A stretch of 64,000 bases of DNA. Origin: Candidatus Omnitrophota bacterium. Its GTDB lineage: Bacteria > Omnitrophota > Gorgyraeia > JAFGHF01. A model generated the notes under the pieces. That model did not search any database. It was not told the DNA's origin and saw only the letters and a program-made list of their open reading frames with translations. Position numbers and translations under genes: made by a program. This document shows positions 9,671 through 23,025 of the stretch, piece by piece; the first letter of the stretch is position 1; each line of letters opens with the position of its first letter. The stretch covers positions 229-64,228 of the forward strand of contig JAFGHF010000072.1 in NCBI GenBank assembly GCA_016939375.1, read 5' to 3'.

Positions 9671-10790
9671 TTTTTTTATTTATCTCCTTGATCAAAGTCT
9701 GCACCATTCTTGATGCCGGGATCCTCCTTACTACCTTCCCCTGTTTGAACAAAACCGCACAACTTTTCCCGCAGGCTATTCCGATATCCGCTTCTTTGGC
9801 TTCTCCCGGGCCGTTTACCTCACAGCCCATTATCGCCACCTTTAACTTTCGTGGTTCGTGTTTCTTGCCTGCGCCAAGGCTTCGGCAGGCAGGCGTGGTT
9901 CGTGATTCATTGAGTTTCCTAGTAACTTCTTGGGTAATTTTGATCAGGTCAACCTGCGTACGGCCACAAGTCGGACAGGCGATTATATCGGGGCCAAAAC
10001 TACCAAGGTCTAAAGCCTGCAAAATATTTTTGGCGGCTCTTATTTCCAGTCGCGGATCACCTGTCAAAGACACCCTGATGGTATCCCCAATACCTTCTAA
10101 TAACAGCGCGCCTAAGCCTGCAGCCGATTTTACTATTCCGCTCTCCGGCAAACCGGCAGCGGTTATCCCCAGGTGAAAAGGATACCGGCAAAGACCCGCC
10201 ATCTTTTTATAGGCCAGGCAGGTCGTGCGCACGTCCGAAGCCTTTAATGAGACTATTATATCATAAAAATGAAACCTTTCCAGCAGCTTAATATAATCAA
10301 GGGCGCTTTTAACCATAAGATCGGCTAATCTATCAGTTTTAACCTTTTTTGCTGATAGCTGACGGCTAAAAGCTGATGGCCTCAAAGAGCCGGAATTAAC
10401 ACCTACTCTAATGGGGATTTTCCTTTTTCTTGCCGCCTGCGCAATCTTGGAGATCTCTTCTTTTCGGTTAATGTTACCGGGGTTTAAACGTATAGCATCC
10501 ACGCCATGATTTATCGCTAAAAGCGCCAAGCGGTAGTCAAAATGGATATCGGCCACTAATGGCATATCGGTCTTTGCTTTTATCTTTGACAATGCCTGGG
10601 CGCATCCGGGAGTCTTGATAGCCAATCTTACTATTTGGCAGCCTTCATCCTGCAGCTGCTTGATCTGTCTTAAAGTAGCGCTGACTGCCCGGGTATCGGT
10701 TTTGGTCATAGATTGTATAGAAATAGGCCCTGCAGAACCTATTTTGACCGGGCCGATATTGACTGTCTTCGTTTTTCTTCTCTTAATCAT
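9663..10790 (-). CDS. ispG: 4-hydroxy-3-methylbut-2-enyl diphosphate synthase (MEP pathway)
   Basis: 375 aa. GcpE family with C-terminal CxxC...C [4Fe-4S] ligands (ACPTCGRT). Confidence 0.9.
   Translation of the reverse strand: MIKRRKTKTVNIGPVKIGSAGPISIQSMTKTDTRAVSATLRQIKQLQDEGCQIVRLAIKTPGCAQALSKIKAKTDMPLVADIHFDYRLALLAINHGVDAIRLNPGNINRKEEISKIAQAARKRKIPIRVGVNSGSLRPSAFSRQLSAKKVKTDRLADLMVKSALDYIKLLERFHFYDIIVSLKASDVRTTCLAYKKMAGLCRYPFHLGITAAGLPESGIVKSAAGLGALLLEGIGDTIRVSLTGDPRLEIRAAKNILQALDLGSFGPDIIACPTCGRTQVDLIKITQEVTRKLNESRTTPACRSLGAGKKHEPRKLKVAIMGCEVNGPGEAKEADIGIACGKSCAVLFKQGKVVRRIPASRMVQTLIKEINKKNE
10351..10381 (-). repeat. Degenerate heptanucleotide tandem array (4-5 units) lying in-frame inside ispG. 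It encodes FSRQLSAKK.
   Basis: Minus strand reads GGCCATC AGCTTTT AGCCGTC AGCTATC AGC. It shares GTCAGCTATCAGC and GCCATCAGCTTT with the waaA array. Confidence 0.4.
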
Positions 10791-11886
10791 GATCTTCGCT
10801 TTTTTCGCTCCAGACCCCTTGTACTTTCTCTATCCAGCCGGAACGCCTCATATCATTGTAGGAGGCAAAGAGCATCAATATGACTAGAGCGGTTATGCCC
10901 ATCTGGGTTGCCACATTCTGTACCTTTGCGCTTACTGGCCGCTTGCGTAGCTTCTCCAGAAATAAAAAGAACAGATGCCCGCCGTCAAGCACAGGCACAG
11001 GTAAAAAATTGAAGATTGCCAGGCTCATGCTGAAAAGGGCCATAAGGTTCAGAAGGTAGACAAAGCCTAATTCTGCGGCCTTGCCCGTAAAATAGAATAT
11101 CCCGATCGGACCGGAGAAGGATTCCTTAAAAGAAAGCCGGCGGATAGCTACATACCAGAGCGCTTTGTATGTCACTGCCGTCAAATCAAGCAGCTTATTT
11201 CCGCCTTCATAAAAAGACCTAAAAAAGCCATATCGTACTTCAGTCATCTCTTCGGAGGGCCTGATGCCGATGAGGTTAATGCTTGTCTTCTGACCTAAAA
11301 TATCCTCGATCTCCTCTACTTGGGGGCTCACCCTCTTCTGCAGCACTCTATTGTTCCTCTGGATATCCATGACTATTTCCTTGCCTTCGCTGGCACGGAT
11401 CACATTGACTATATCATTCCAGTATTCGACCTTTTCCCCGTCTATCGACAAAATAACGTCGCCTTTCTTTATACCTGCCGCCTTTGCTGGATAGCCATCG
11501 ATCAATTCGCCTACCTTATTGGTCATCGTGGGCGCGCCTATCATGAACACAAAAGAAAACAAAACAAACGCCAAGACATAATTTAAAACCGGTCCCGCGG
11601 AAATAATCTGCGCCCGCTGCCCACATGTCTTCGACAAAAACTCCCAAGGCTTTCCCTGTACATCTTCGCCCGGTTCGTCCCCCGCCATTTTGATGTATCC
11701 GCCTAAAGGCACGGCACTAATAAGATATTCAGTCTCGCCGACCTTTTTACTCCAGAGCTTCGGGCCGAATCCGAAAGAGAATTTATCCACGCGCACACCG
11801 TTTTTTTTGGCGAAAATAAAGTGCCCGAATTCATGAATAAATATCAAGATCCCAAAAACAAAAATAAAAGCTAGAAGTGATGACAT
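10783..11886 (-). CDS. rseP: Site-2 zinc metalloprotease RseP (regulated intramembrane proteolysis)
   Basis: 367 aa. HEFGH zinc motif near the N-terminus, a PDZ domain, and LDG motif. Conserved dxr-rseP neighbourhood. Confidence 0.85.
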   Translation of the reverse strand: MSSLLAFIFVFGILIFIHEFGHFIFAKKNGVRVDKFSFGFGPKLWSKKVGETEYLISAVPLGGYIKMAGDEPGEDVQGKPWEFLSKTCGQRAQIISAGPVLNYVLAFVLFSFVFMIGAPTMTNKVGELIDGYPAKAAGIKKGDVILSIDGEKVEYWNDIVNVIRASEGKEIVMDIQRNNRVLQKRVSPQVEEIEDILGQKTSINLIGIRPSEEMTEVRYGFFRSFYEGGNKLLDLTAVTYKALWYVAIRRLSFKESFSGPIGIFYFTGKAAELGFVYLLNLMALFSMSLAIFNFLPVPVLDGGHLFFLFLEKLRKRPVSAKVQNVATQMGITALVILMLFASYNDMRRSGWIEKVQGVWSEKSEDHD

Positions 11887-11887
11887 T

Positions 11888-13027
11888 TTATATCCTCGAC
11901 TTTACCTGTTCTCTGGCCCATCTATCTGCTTGCAGTATCTCTTTGATGGTGGGCCTGGTTATATTCCGTAAGTTTGACAAGACATCCGTGATAATCCGGG
12001 CGACATCATTGAACTTTATCCTTCTTTTAAGGTAGGCCCAGACACATTCTTCATCAGCGGAACAAAGGACCGTTTGGGCCAATCCTCCTGCTTTCGCCAC
12101 CTCCATGGCCAAGGCAAGGCAGGGAAACCTGCCTAAATCCGGTGAATGAAAAGTAAGGCTGCTCACTTTTTCAAAATCGAGCCTCTGCGACTGGGCGTTT
12201 GCCCTATTCGGATAAGTCAGGGCATACTGAATCGGTATGCGCATATCGGTTGCCCCCAACTGAGCCAGGATAGAGCCATCGACAAATTGCACCAGCGAAT
12301 GTACCAATGCCTGAGGATGAATGACCACCTTGATTTTCTGCGCAGGCACCCTAAAAAGATATTTGGCTTCAATGATCTCGAAGCCTTTATTCATCATCGT
12401 TGCCGAATCGATGGTGATCTTCTTACCCATCTTCCAGCGCGGATGGCGCAGGGCCTCTTCGGGGTCTATAAATTCGAGATCCGCCTTGGCCACATCCTTA
12501 AGCGGTCCTCCTGAGCCGGTCAAATAAATCTTAGCCAGGTCTTTGGACTGCTCTTCTTTGAGACATTGAAAAATAGCGCTATGCTCACTATCTATAGGTA
12601 TAATCTCCGTGGCGCTTTTCTTCGCCTCATTGATAATTATTTCGCCGGCCATGACCAGCGATTCCTTATTGGCCAGGGCTAATCTTTTGGAATGATTAAG
12701 CGCTTTTAGCGTAGGCATAAGGGCAGCGCTTCCGCTGATGGCCATTAATACAATTTCCGCGCCAAATCCGGCGACCTGTTCAATGCCTGAGCTACCGGTA
12801 ACTATTTTTGTGCGTTTATTTATTTTTTTCTTTAGAAGGGGGTAGTTGTCCTCATCCATTAAAGCCGCTATCTTGGGAGAAAATCTATTGACCTGTTCAG
12901 CTAAAAGGCCGGCATTGCTGCCGCTGGCCAGAGCAACCACCTTATATTTATCCTTGAGGTGTGAGATGACCTTCAGTGCGTTTTTTCCTATTGAACCGGT
13001 AGAGCCAAGTATGGCGACTGTCTTCAT
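11888..13027 (-). CDS. dxr: 1-deoxy-D-xylulose 5-phosphate reductoisomerase
   Basis: 379 aa. N-terminal ILGSTGSIG NADPH-binding motif. Conserved uppS-cdsA-dxr-rseP order. Confidence 0.9.
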   Translation of the reverse strand: MKTVAILGSTGSIGKNALKVISHLKDKYKVVALASGSNAGLLAEQVNRFSPKIAALMDEDNYPLLKKKINKRTKIVTGSSGIEQVAGFGAEIVLMAISGSAALMPTLKALNHSKRLALANKESLVMAGEIIINEAKKSATEIIPIDSEHSAIFQCLKEEQSKDLAKIYLTGSGGPLKDVAKADLEFIDPEEALRHPRWKMGKKITIDSATMMNKGFEIIEAKYLFRVPAQKIKVVIHPQALVHSLVQFVDGSILAQLGATDMRIPIQYALTYPNRANAQSQRLDFEKVSSLTFHSPDLGRFPCLALAMEVAKAGGLAQTVLCSADEECVWAYLKRRIKFNDVARIITDVLSNLRNITRPTIKEILQADRWAREQVKSRI

Positions 13028-13069
13028 GTCCTTTTTTGGTTGTTAGTGTTGACGGCGTTTGAGCTATTA
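13028..13069 (+). repeat. Copy C (5' 40 nt only) of a conserved intergenic element, filling the dxr-cdsA gap and overlapping the cdsA stop codon
   Basis: gtccttttttggttgttagtgttgacggcgtttgagctatta is near-identical to the 5' ends of the copies at 45758-45859 and 20163-20263. Confidence 0.6.
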
Positions 13070-14014
13070 CATGAATACTTTGATATAGAAATACATAGCC
13101 GGAGCAGTAAAAAGCAAGCTGTCAATAGAGTCCAATATTCCGCCTATGCCGGGAAGGGTATTGCCTGAGTCCTTGGTTCCGCAATCTCTCTTGATTAGCG
13201 ACTCCGATAAGTCCCCCACCTGGGCCAGCGCTCCTAAAACAAACCCTAAAATCAAAAGCCGCAGCAGAGAAAAAGACGGCAGGAATAAGTGAGAGCTCAA
13301 TGCTACTAGGATGCTGAGCAGCAATCCTCCCAGCATGCCTTCTATTGTCTTTTTAGGGCTGATCCGCGGTATCAGCTTATGTCTGCCAAATTTCATACCC
13401 ACTAAATATGCCCCGATATCCCCTGACTTTGTTACCAGTATCAAAAACGCGATCAGCTGCCTGCGCAAGAGTTCAGTTCCCAGCTCCGGCATGTTTCTCA
13501 ATCTGATGAAGAAACTCAAGAACCAGCTTACATATACTAGCCCGAACAGGATAGTGGATATACTCAAGATCGAGCCGTTATCCTTTTTTGTAAATTGGAC
13601 GATGAAAATAGTCAAACATATGACGGGGATGAATACAAAGAACCACTCGTAGGGGATCCTATAATCAAAGTAAGTGGCCAAAGCTACGATTACGCCTAAG
13701 GCAATGCCCAATTTCCTATTTACGCCTATATCTTTTCTTTGGATAAGCAGGAAATACTCATTAAGCCCCAATACTATAAAAAACGTAATCAGTAAGGCGA
13801 AAGTCCAGGCCGGGGCTGTAAGCAGGATTGAGCCCACAACCGTAATAATAGAAACACTCGTTATAATTCTGCGTTGCAACAAAGTAAGGCTACTCCCGTT
13901 TGGTATATTATGTTCCGAACCTTCTTTCTCTTTTTTGAAACTCTTCAATCGCCTCAAAGAGGTCTTCTTTTTTAAAATCAGGCCAGAATTTTGGAGTAAA
14001 ATAAAGCTCTGCAT
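13067..14014 (-). CDS. cdsA: Phosphatidate cytidylyltransferase. The annotated start overlaps uppS by 107 nt, so the true start is probably further downstream.
   Basis: 315 aa multi-pass membrane protein, CTP_transf_1 family. Conserved position after uppS. Confidence 0.8.
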   Translation of the reverse strand: MQSFILLQNSGLILKKKTSLRRLKSFKKEKEGSEHNIPNGSSLTLLQRRIITSVSIITVVGSILLTAPAWTFALLITFFIVLGLNEYFLLIQRKDIGVNRKLGIALGVIVALATYFDYRIPYEWFFVFIPVICLTIFIVQFTKKDNGSILSISTILFGLVYVSWFLSFFIRLRNMPELGTELLRRQLIAFLILVTKSGDIGAYLVGMKFGRHKLIPRISPKKTIEGMLGGLLLSILVALSSHLFLPSFSLLRLLILGFVLGALAQVGDLSESLIKRDCGTKDSGNTLPGIGGILDSIDSLLFTAPAMYFYIKVFM

Positions 14015-14657
14015 AGCTGGCCTGCCAGAGAAAGAAGTTACTCAGTCTTAGTTCGCCGCTGGTCCGTATCAAAAGATCCAGCTCCGGTAAATCTTTGGTA
14101 TACAAAAAACCGGCAAATAATCTTTGGTCGATATCATCTAGCTTGATTTTTTCCTCTTTGGCCTTTAATGCGATAGTACGCACAGCATTTAATATCTCTT
14201 CCCTGCCGCCATAGTTTATCGCCAGGTTCAAGATCAATTTCTTATTATCTTTTGTCTGCTGCATGGCGGCTTCTAACTGCCTGAGTGCTCCTGCGGGCAA
14301 CGAACCAAACTCACCTGAGACGATAACCCTGACCCCGTTTTCGTGTAGCTTGCGCACATATTTCTTCAAGTATTGCTCAAGCAAACCCATCAAGGCCTGG
14401 ACTTCTTTTCTTGGCCTCTGCCAGTTTTCTGTGGAGAAAGTAAAGAGGCTCAAGGCCTTGACGCCCTTCTCCATACAGGCCTTAATCGCCTCTTCCACGG
14501 AAGATATTCCGGCTCGATGTCCTTCTACTTTAGGCAGCCCTTTCTGCTTGGCCCACCGGCCATTGCCGTCCATGATTATGGCTATATGCCTGGGAATCTT
14601 TTTTTCCATCTTGCCTACATATAAACAAGGGGGAATCTTCTCACATTCCCCCTCCAT
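13908..14657 (-). CDS. uppS: Undecaprenyl diphosphate synthase
   Basis: 249 aa. HIAIIMDGNGRWA cis-prenyltransferase motif. Confidence 0.9.
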   Translation of the reverse strand: MEGECEKIPPCLYVGKMEKKIPRHIAIIMDGNGRWAKQKGLPKVEGHRAGISSVEEAIKACMEKGVKALSLFTFSTENWQRPRKEVQALMGLLEQYLKKYVRKLHENGVRVIVSGEFGSLPAGALRQLEAAMQQTKDNKKLILNLAINYGGREEILNAVRTIALKAKEEKIKLDDIDQRLFAGFLYTKDLPELDLLIRTSGELRLSNFFLWQASYAELYFTPKFWPDFKKEDLFEAIEEFQKRERRFGT

Positions 14658-14694
14658 ATTATTCAGCTTACTTTACCCTTATCGATCAGAGCAA

Positions 14695-15360
14695 CTATTT
14701 TACGTACTTTTGCGGCTGGGACGCTTTCACCCTTGTTATTTTTTCAGGCAAAATTACGATTTCTACTCTTCTATTCTTCTGACGTCCTTCGACAGTATCG
14801 TTCGTGGCCCGGGGGCGGTGCTCGCCATACCCTGTCGCTGAAAGGCGCTCAGGATCAATCCCTTTACTCAAAAGGTAGCGCAGTACGCTATTAGCCCTGG
14901 CGCTGGAGAGTTCCCAATTTGATTTCCAGCCGGAATATTTGATCGGCTCGTTATCGGTGTGTCCCTCGATGCCTACTTCTCTATCGACGACTTCCTTGCA
15001 ACACACTGAAGCTACTTTATCCAAAGAGTTATGTGAATCGGCACGCAACTCGGCCTTTCCTGAATCAAATAAAACGCTGTCGATAAAAGTGATAACCAGC
15101 CCCTTTTCTTCTATATCTAAAGTGACTTTTTCCTCTGCTATTTCTTGCTTTAGGCTTTTTTGCAACGCGTCATAGGCCTCTTTGAGCTTTTGATATTCTT
15201 CCGCTGTCATCTTCAACCTTTTGACCTCATCGCTCAAAGCCTCTATTTCCTCAATGTCACTGGTGTGCCTTTTCTGAAAAACCAAAGTACAGCCGCTGAG
15301 AAAACTAACCGTACATGCAAAGATTATCCCCCAGACTGCTATTTTAGTTAAAGTTTTCAT
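14695..15360 (-). CDS. OmpA/MotB-family lipoprotein (coiled-coil followed by a peptidoglycan-binding OmpA-like domain)
   Basis: 221 aa. Signal peptide with lipobox-like LSGC. C-terminal OmpA_C-like motif (...GHTDN.. ...NRRVEI). Confidence 0.7.
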   Translation of the reverse strand: MKTLTKIAVWGIIFACTVSFLSGCTLVFQKRHTSDIEEIEALSDEVKRLKMTAEEYQKLKEAYDALQKSLKQEIAEEKVTLDIEEKGLVITFIDSVLFDSGKAELRADSHNSLDKVASVCCKEVVDREVGIEGHTDNEPIKYSGWKSNWELSSARANSVLRYLLSKGIDPERLSATGYGEHRPRATNDTVEGRQKNRRVEIVILPEKITRVKASQPQKYVK

Positions 15361-15401
15361 TAGCGCACCCCTCCTTTTAGACCTGTGTATTCATGTTTTT
15401 C

Positions 15402-15430
15402 AATATAGCACCCGTATTTTATAAAGTCAA
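15402..15430 (-). promoter_or_regulatory. Sigma70-like promoter upstream of the OmpA-like gene
   Basis: Minus strand TTGACT-N17-TATATT. The -35 is the rc of agtcaa at 15425-15430. The -10 is the rc of aatata at 15402-15407. AAAGGAGGGG SD before the ATG. Confidence 0.55.
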
Positions 15431-15466
15431 GGAAAATTGGCTTATCTGCTGCTTACTTTGATTGTC

Positions 15467-18848
<3,382 letters not shown>

Positions 18849-18901
18849 TTATTTAGGTCTTTGCGGGTTATTAATGGTTTTTCGAACTGGAAAAAGACAG
18901 T

Positions 18902-20149
18902 TTAAGGGATCATGGTGAATATCTTTTTAGCGATATCGGGGTACCTAGCGATAAAGCGGAGTTCGTCATTGACCAAAGGTTTCTGAGTATGCACATTGGC
19001 ATAGCGCACTAACTCCAGTATCTTTGTGGCCTCTTTATCATCTTTGAATTTCACTTCCAGTCTCTCATAGACATTTCTAAAACCCTTTATGCCTGAATAT
19101 TCGCCGGCCGTAATCTTTCTTCCTGTTTCAATTATCTCTGGTTCTCCCCTGCCAAGTTCCTCATAGTCATAAAGCTCATAATTGCGGCGGTTTTTCAAGG
19201 CCCCGTCTGCATGAATACCGGATTCGTGAGCAAAGGCATTTGCCCCCACGCCGGGCTGGTTAATGGGGATCGGTACAGCGAAGGCATAAGAAGCATATTT
19301 GGTTATCTTCCAGGCACAGCCCAATTTAACTCTTTCGTCCAAAACATACTTTCCTTTTAGGCCACTGGAGTACTTAACCGCCAAGATAATTGAAACCAGG
19401 TCAGCGTTTCCGGCACGCTCGCCCATCCCGTTTACAGTTGTGTTTATAAAGGCATCTACGCCGGCATCATTGGCCGCTTTTGCAGCCATAACGGAAGTGG
19501 CTACCACCATACCTAGATCATTGTGGCAGTGGACTTCTATAGGAATTTTTACTGTGTTGGCCAGCTGGTATACCCGGTTATAGATCGTAATCGGGTCATC
19601 GTAGCCTAAAGTGTCACAGTATCGTATACGGTCGGCCCCGTTTTTTTTGGCTGCCAGGGCAAATTTTATAAGATAGCCCAGATCGGTGCGTGAGGCGTCT
19701 TCCGCATTTACCCCGATAGTCTTTATTCCTTTTTTTCGCGCCAGACGTAAGGCATCGGTCATCATCTTGATAATATCTTCTTTGGACTTGCGGCCCTGGA
19801 ATTTACCTTTAATCATTTGTTCCGAGGTCGAGATAGACATATTAAGGTGCTTTACTTTAGTTAGCTTTAAAGCCTTCTCCACATCCTGCTCGATTGCCCT
19901 AATCCAACCGCTAAGAATCATCGGCTTGATTAGACCAAGTCTGGCCAATTCCAGATTTGCGTTTAGATAGTTTGTCTCATGGCGGGTAACCGGAAAGCCG
20001 AATTCGCTCTGATAAACACCCATATCGTTTAAGAGTACATTTATCATGGTCTTCTGCAGTTTGGCTAATCCCAGTCGCGAGGTCTGCACCCCATCGCGAT
20101 TAGTCACATCAAGTATATATATTTTAGGCCTCTTCTTCATCTCCTTCAT
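18902..20149 (-). CDS. DRE-TIM (HMGL-like) metallolyase of the LeuA/NifV/CimA family, divergent, without C-terminal LeuA regulatory domain. Specificity unclear.
   Basis: 415 aa. HCHNDLG metal-binding motif. N-terminal motif is DVTNRDGVQT rather than canonical DTTLRDGEQ. Confidence 0.7.
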   Translation of the reverse strand: MKEMKKRPKIYILDVTNRDGVQTSRLGLAKLQKTMINVLLNDMGVYQSEFGFPVTRHETNYLNANLELARLGLIKPMILSGWIRAIEQDVEKALKLTKVKHLNMSISTSEQMIKGKFQGRKSKEDIIKMMTDALRLARKKGIKTIGVNAEDASRTDLGYLIKFALAAKKNGADRIRYCDTLGYDDPITIYNRVYQLANTVKIPIEVHCHNDLGMVVATSVMAAKAANDAGVDAFINTTVNGMGERAGNADLVSIILAVKYSSGLKGKYVLDERVKLGCAWKITKYASYAFAVPIPINQPGVGANAFAHESGIHADGALKNRRNYELYDYEELGRGEPEIIETGRKITAGEYSGIKGFRNVYERLEVKFKDDKEATKILELVRYANVHTQKPLVNDELRFIARYPDIAKKIFTMIP

Positions 20150-20162
20150 TTGCCTCCTTCTA

Positions 20163-20263
20163 CCTTCGCCTTGAGTACCTGTTTCCGCAGGTATATCCAG
20201 ACCTTAAGGAAACTAAGTACCAATAATAGCTCAAACGCCGTCAACACTAACAACCAAGAAAGG
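20163..20263 (-). repeat. Copy B (full length, about 100 nt) of a conserved intergenic element, between the serA stop and the HMGL-like gene start
   Basis: Minus strand reads tttcttggttgttagtgttgacggcgtttgagctattattggtacttagtttccttaaggtctggatatacctgcggaaacaggtactcaaggcgaagg. Confidence 0.6.
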
Positions 20264-20266
20264 ACA

Positions 20267-21847
20267 TCATAGATGGATTAACTTCGCATCATAAATGTTC
20301 TTGCACTTTTTGATTTTTTCTAACACCTTTTGTGGAATATCGCTGTCTACGTTCAATACCGAAATGGCATTGCCACCCAGTTTTTCCCGACCAAAGGTCA
20401 TCTCCGCAATATTGATCTTGCTTTCACCCAAAAGTGTTCCTATTTGCCCCACCACACCCGGTAAATCTTTATTTTTGATGACCAGCATATAACCTTTGGG
20501 GTGGGCCTCAACGTAATATTCGTTTATCTTCACTATCCTGGGGTCATTTTTGGCGAAGACCGTTCCCCAGACAGTCAAGTCTTCTTTGTCGGTCTTTGTC
20601 TTCACGGAAATGAGATTAGTGAAGTTTTCCACTCTATCTATTTTGGTCTCTTCAATAGTTATCTTTCTTTCCTTAGCCAAAACGCAGGCATTAATATAAT
20701 TTACTGTCTCACCCATAAAAGGCTCAAGCATGCCCTTGGCGCAGGCAGCGGTGATAGGGGCAGTATTATAGTTGCTTATCTCCCCGACATACTCAATTTT
20801 TAGCTTTGTGACATGGCCTGCACACAACTGACTTTGCAACGAGCCGATCTTCTCGGCCAAAGTCACAAAAGGCTGAACTATCTCAGCGATCTCCGGAGGT
20901 AAGGTCGAAGCATTAACTGCGTTTCTAATCCCCCTGTTTAAAAGCGCATCCGTCATTTGTTCGGCGATGTCTATCGCTACGTTTATCTGTGCCTCTTCTG
21001 TGGAGGCCCCCAGATGAGGCGTCATCACCACATTATTCAGTTTAAGCAATTCGCTTTCTAGAGGAGGCTCTTTCTCGAATACATCCAAAGCACAGGCAGC
21101 GACCTTTCCCGATTTTAGTCCTTTGAGCAACGCCCGTTCATCAATAATCCCGCCCCGGGCGCAATTAATCAGCTTCACGCCATCTTTCATCAGGGCGATT
21201 TCTTTATCGGATATCAAATGTTTCGTCTCCTTGGTCAAGGGCGTGTGCACGGTAATATAGTCGGCGCGCTTGAACAGATCCTTTAGGGTCGCCCCTTCTA
21301 TCTGCAGGGTCTTGACTTTATCTAATGAAAGGTAAGGGTCGAAGGCCACGATCTTCATGCCAAAGCTCATAGCCCTCCTTGCTACTTCCGTGCCGATCCT
21401 TCCCAGGCCGATCACGCCTAAGGTCTTCCCGTATAATTCCACACCCATGAACTTTTTTCTGTCCCACAGTCCGGCCTTTAAGGAAGCGTGGGCCTGGGGA
21501 ATGTTGCGCGAGAGAGCAAGGATCATGCTCATTGTATGTTCGGCCGTAGAAATAGTGTTGCCCCCCGGGGCATTCATTACAATGATGCCTTTGCGCGAAG
21601 CAGCTTCAACATCAACGTTATCCAAGCCTACGCCGGCCCGGCCGATGATCTTTAACTTTTTCGCCGCTTGGATAATATCTTTTGTAACCTTAGTACCACT
21701 GCGTACCACCAGGGCATCATAATCCCGGATTAGCTTCTTTAATTCCTCAGGGCCAAGGCCGGTCTTGACATCGACCTGGATTTTCTTCTCTTTTTGTAGA
21801 ATATCTAAACCCTCTTTTGCCAGTTTGTCGCTTACTAATACTTTCAT
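20267..21847 (-). CDS. serA: D-3-phosphoglycerate dehydrogenase with C-terminal ACT domain. Likely start at the internal MKVLVSD.
   Basis: NAD-binding GxGxxG (GVIGLGRIG), catalytic His/Glu region, ASB and ACT domains. Confidence 0.85.
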   Translation of the reverse strand: MKVLVSDKLAKEGLDILQKEKKIQVDVKTGLGPEELKKLIRDYDALVVRSGTKVTKDIIQAAKKLKIIGRAGVGLDNVDVEAASRKGIIVMNAPGGNTISTAEHTMSMILALSRNIPQAHASLKAGLWDRKKFMGVELYGKTLGVIGLGRIGTEVARRAMSFGMKIVAFDPYLSLDKVKTLQIEGATLKDLFKRADYITVHTPLTKETKHLISDKEIALMKDGVKLINCARGGIIDERALLKGLKSGKVAACALDVFEKEPPLESELLKLNNVVMTPHLGASTEEAQINVAIDIAEQMTDALLNRGIRNAVNASTLPPEIAEIVQPFVTLAEKIGSLQSQLCAGHVTKLKIEYVGEISNYNTAPITAACAKGMLEPFMGETVNYINACVLAKERKITIEETKIDRVENFTNLISVKTKTDKEDLTVWGTVFAKNDPRIVKINEYYVEAHPKGYMLVIKNKDLPGVVGQIGTLLGESKINIAEMTFGREKLGGNAISVLNVDSDIPQKVLEKIKKCKNIYDAKLIHL

Positions 21848-21869
21848 TTCATGCTCCTCGACTAAAAAT

Positions 21870-23012
21870 TCATTTGATCTGGTTGGAAAAAACATTCTCG
21901 GCTGCCTGGATACCCTTGCCTAGCTCGACTTTATACCCTAACTCCGATAAAGCCAGCTCCAAAGCAGAAATGCCTGTTATGATATCGAAGGGCTCCATAT
22001 AACCAAGATGGGCAATGCGGATAATCTTCCCCTTTAAGTGCCCCTGCCCTCCGGCTATGCTTACCCCGTACTTCTTGCGCATCAATTTCACTAGTTGTGC
22101 GCCATCGATACCTTCGGGTACGCTGGCCGCCGTAACCACATTACAAAATGTATTTGAAAACAGCCCCAATCCCAAAGCACAAACAGCATTGCGCGTAGCG
22201 TCAGCAAGCATCTTGTGCCTTTTGAAGACGTTCTCCAACCCCTCTTCTTTAATCAGGCGCAAGGACTCTCTTGCCGCCACTATCAAAGAGACTGCCGGCG
22301 TATAAGCGGTGTCAGTCTTATCTAGGGATTTTTTCGCCTTTTTCATGTCCAAATAGTACTTGGGTAATTTGGATGTCTCCATTGCCTTGAGCGCTTTCTG
22401 GCTGAGACTGCAAAAGGAAAGCCCCGGAGGAAGCATCATCCCTTTTTGCGAGCCGGCCACAACACAGTCGACGTTCCAGTTATCGGTCTGCAGGTCTTCT
22501 GCGCCCAGGCCGCTTATCGCGTCTACGACTAAAACCGCATCGGTCTCTTTTACAATTTTACCGATCGCCTCGATATCCGTGACTACACCGGTAGAAGTCT
22601 CACAAAGCGTGGTAAATACTGCCTTGGCATCCTTGTGTTCCGCCAATATCCGCTGGACCTCACCAGCCTCTGCGCGTTTTCCCCATTCGACTTCGATAGG
22701 AATCACATTCACATTGTAGGCCTTGCAAAGCTCCACCCAGCGTTCGCCAAACTTACCGCCGCATATGGCGATAGCTTTATCCTCAGGCGAAAGAAGATTT
22801 ACTACGCTTGCCTCCATCGCCCCTGTACCCGATGCAGCGAATGTAACGACGCCGTTTTTTGTCTGAAAGAGGTACTTTAACCCTTCGTTGAATTCACCAA
22901 ATATCTTTCTGAACTCATCTGTACGGTGATGTATCATAGGCTGGGCGCAAGCCAAAAGTACTTCCGGTGGCAACGGAGTTGGTCCCGGCGTAAGTAAATA
23001 TTTTTTAGACAT
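21870..23012 (-). CDS. serC: Class V (AGXT-like) aminotransferase, probably phosphoserine aminotransferase given adjacency to serA
   Basis: 380 aa, PLP fold type I class V. Sits between serA and clpP. Confidence 0.7.
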   Translation of the reverse strand: MSKKYLLTPGPTPLPPEVLLACAQPMIHHRTDEFRKIFGEFNEGLKYLFQTKNGVVTFAASGTGAMEASVVNLLSPEDKAIAICGGKFGERWVELCKAYNVNVIPIEVEWGKRAEAGEVQRILAEHKDAKAVFTTLCETSTGVVTDIEAIGKIVKETDAVLVVDAISGLGAEDLQTDNWNVDCVVAGSQKGMMLPPGLSFCSLSQKALKAMETSKLPKYYLDMKKAKKSLDKTDTAYTPAVSLIVAARESLRLIKEEGLENVFKRHKMLADATRNAVCALGLGLFSNTFCNVVTAASVPEGIDGAQLVKLMRKKYGVSIAGGQGHLKGKIIRIAHLGYMEPFDIITGISALELALSELGYKVELGKGIQAAENVFSNQIK

Positions 23013-23025
23013 CCTGGTTCTCCTT

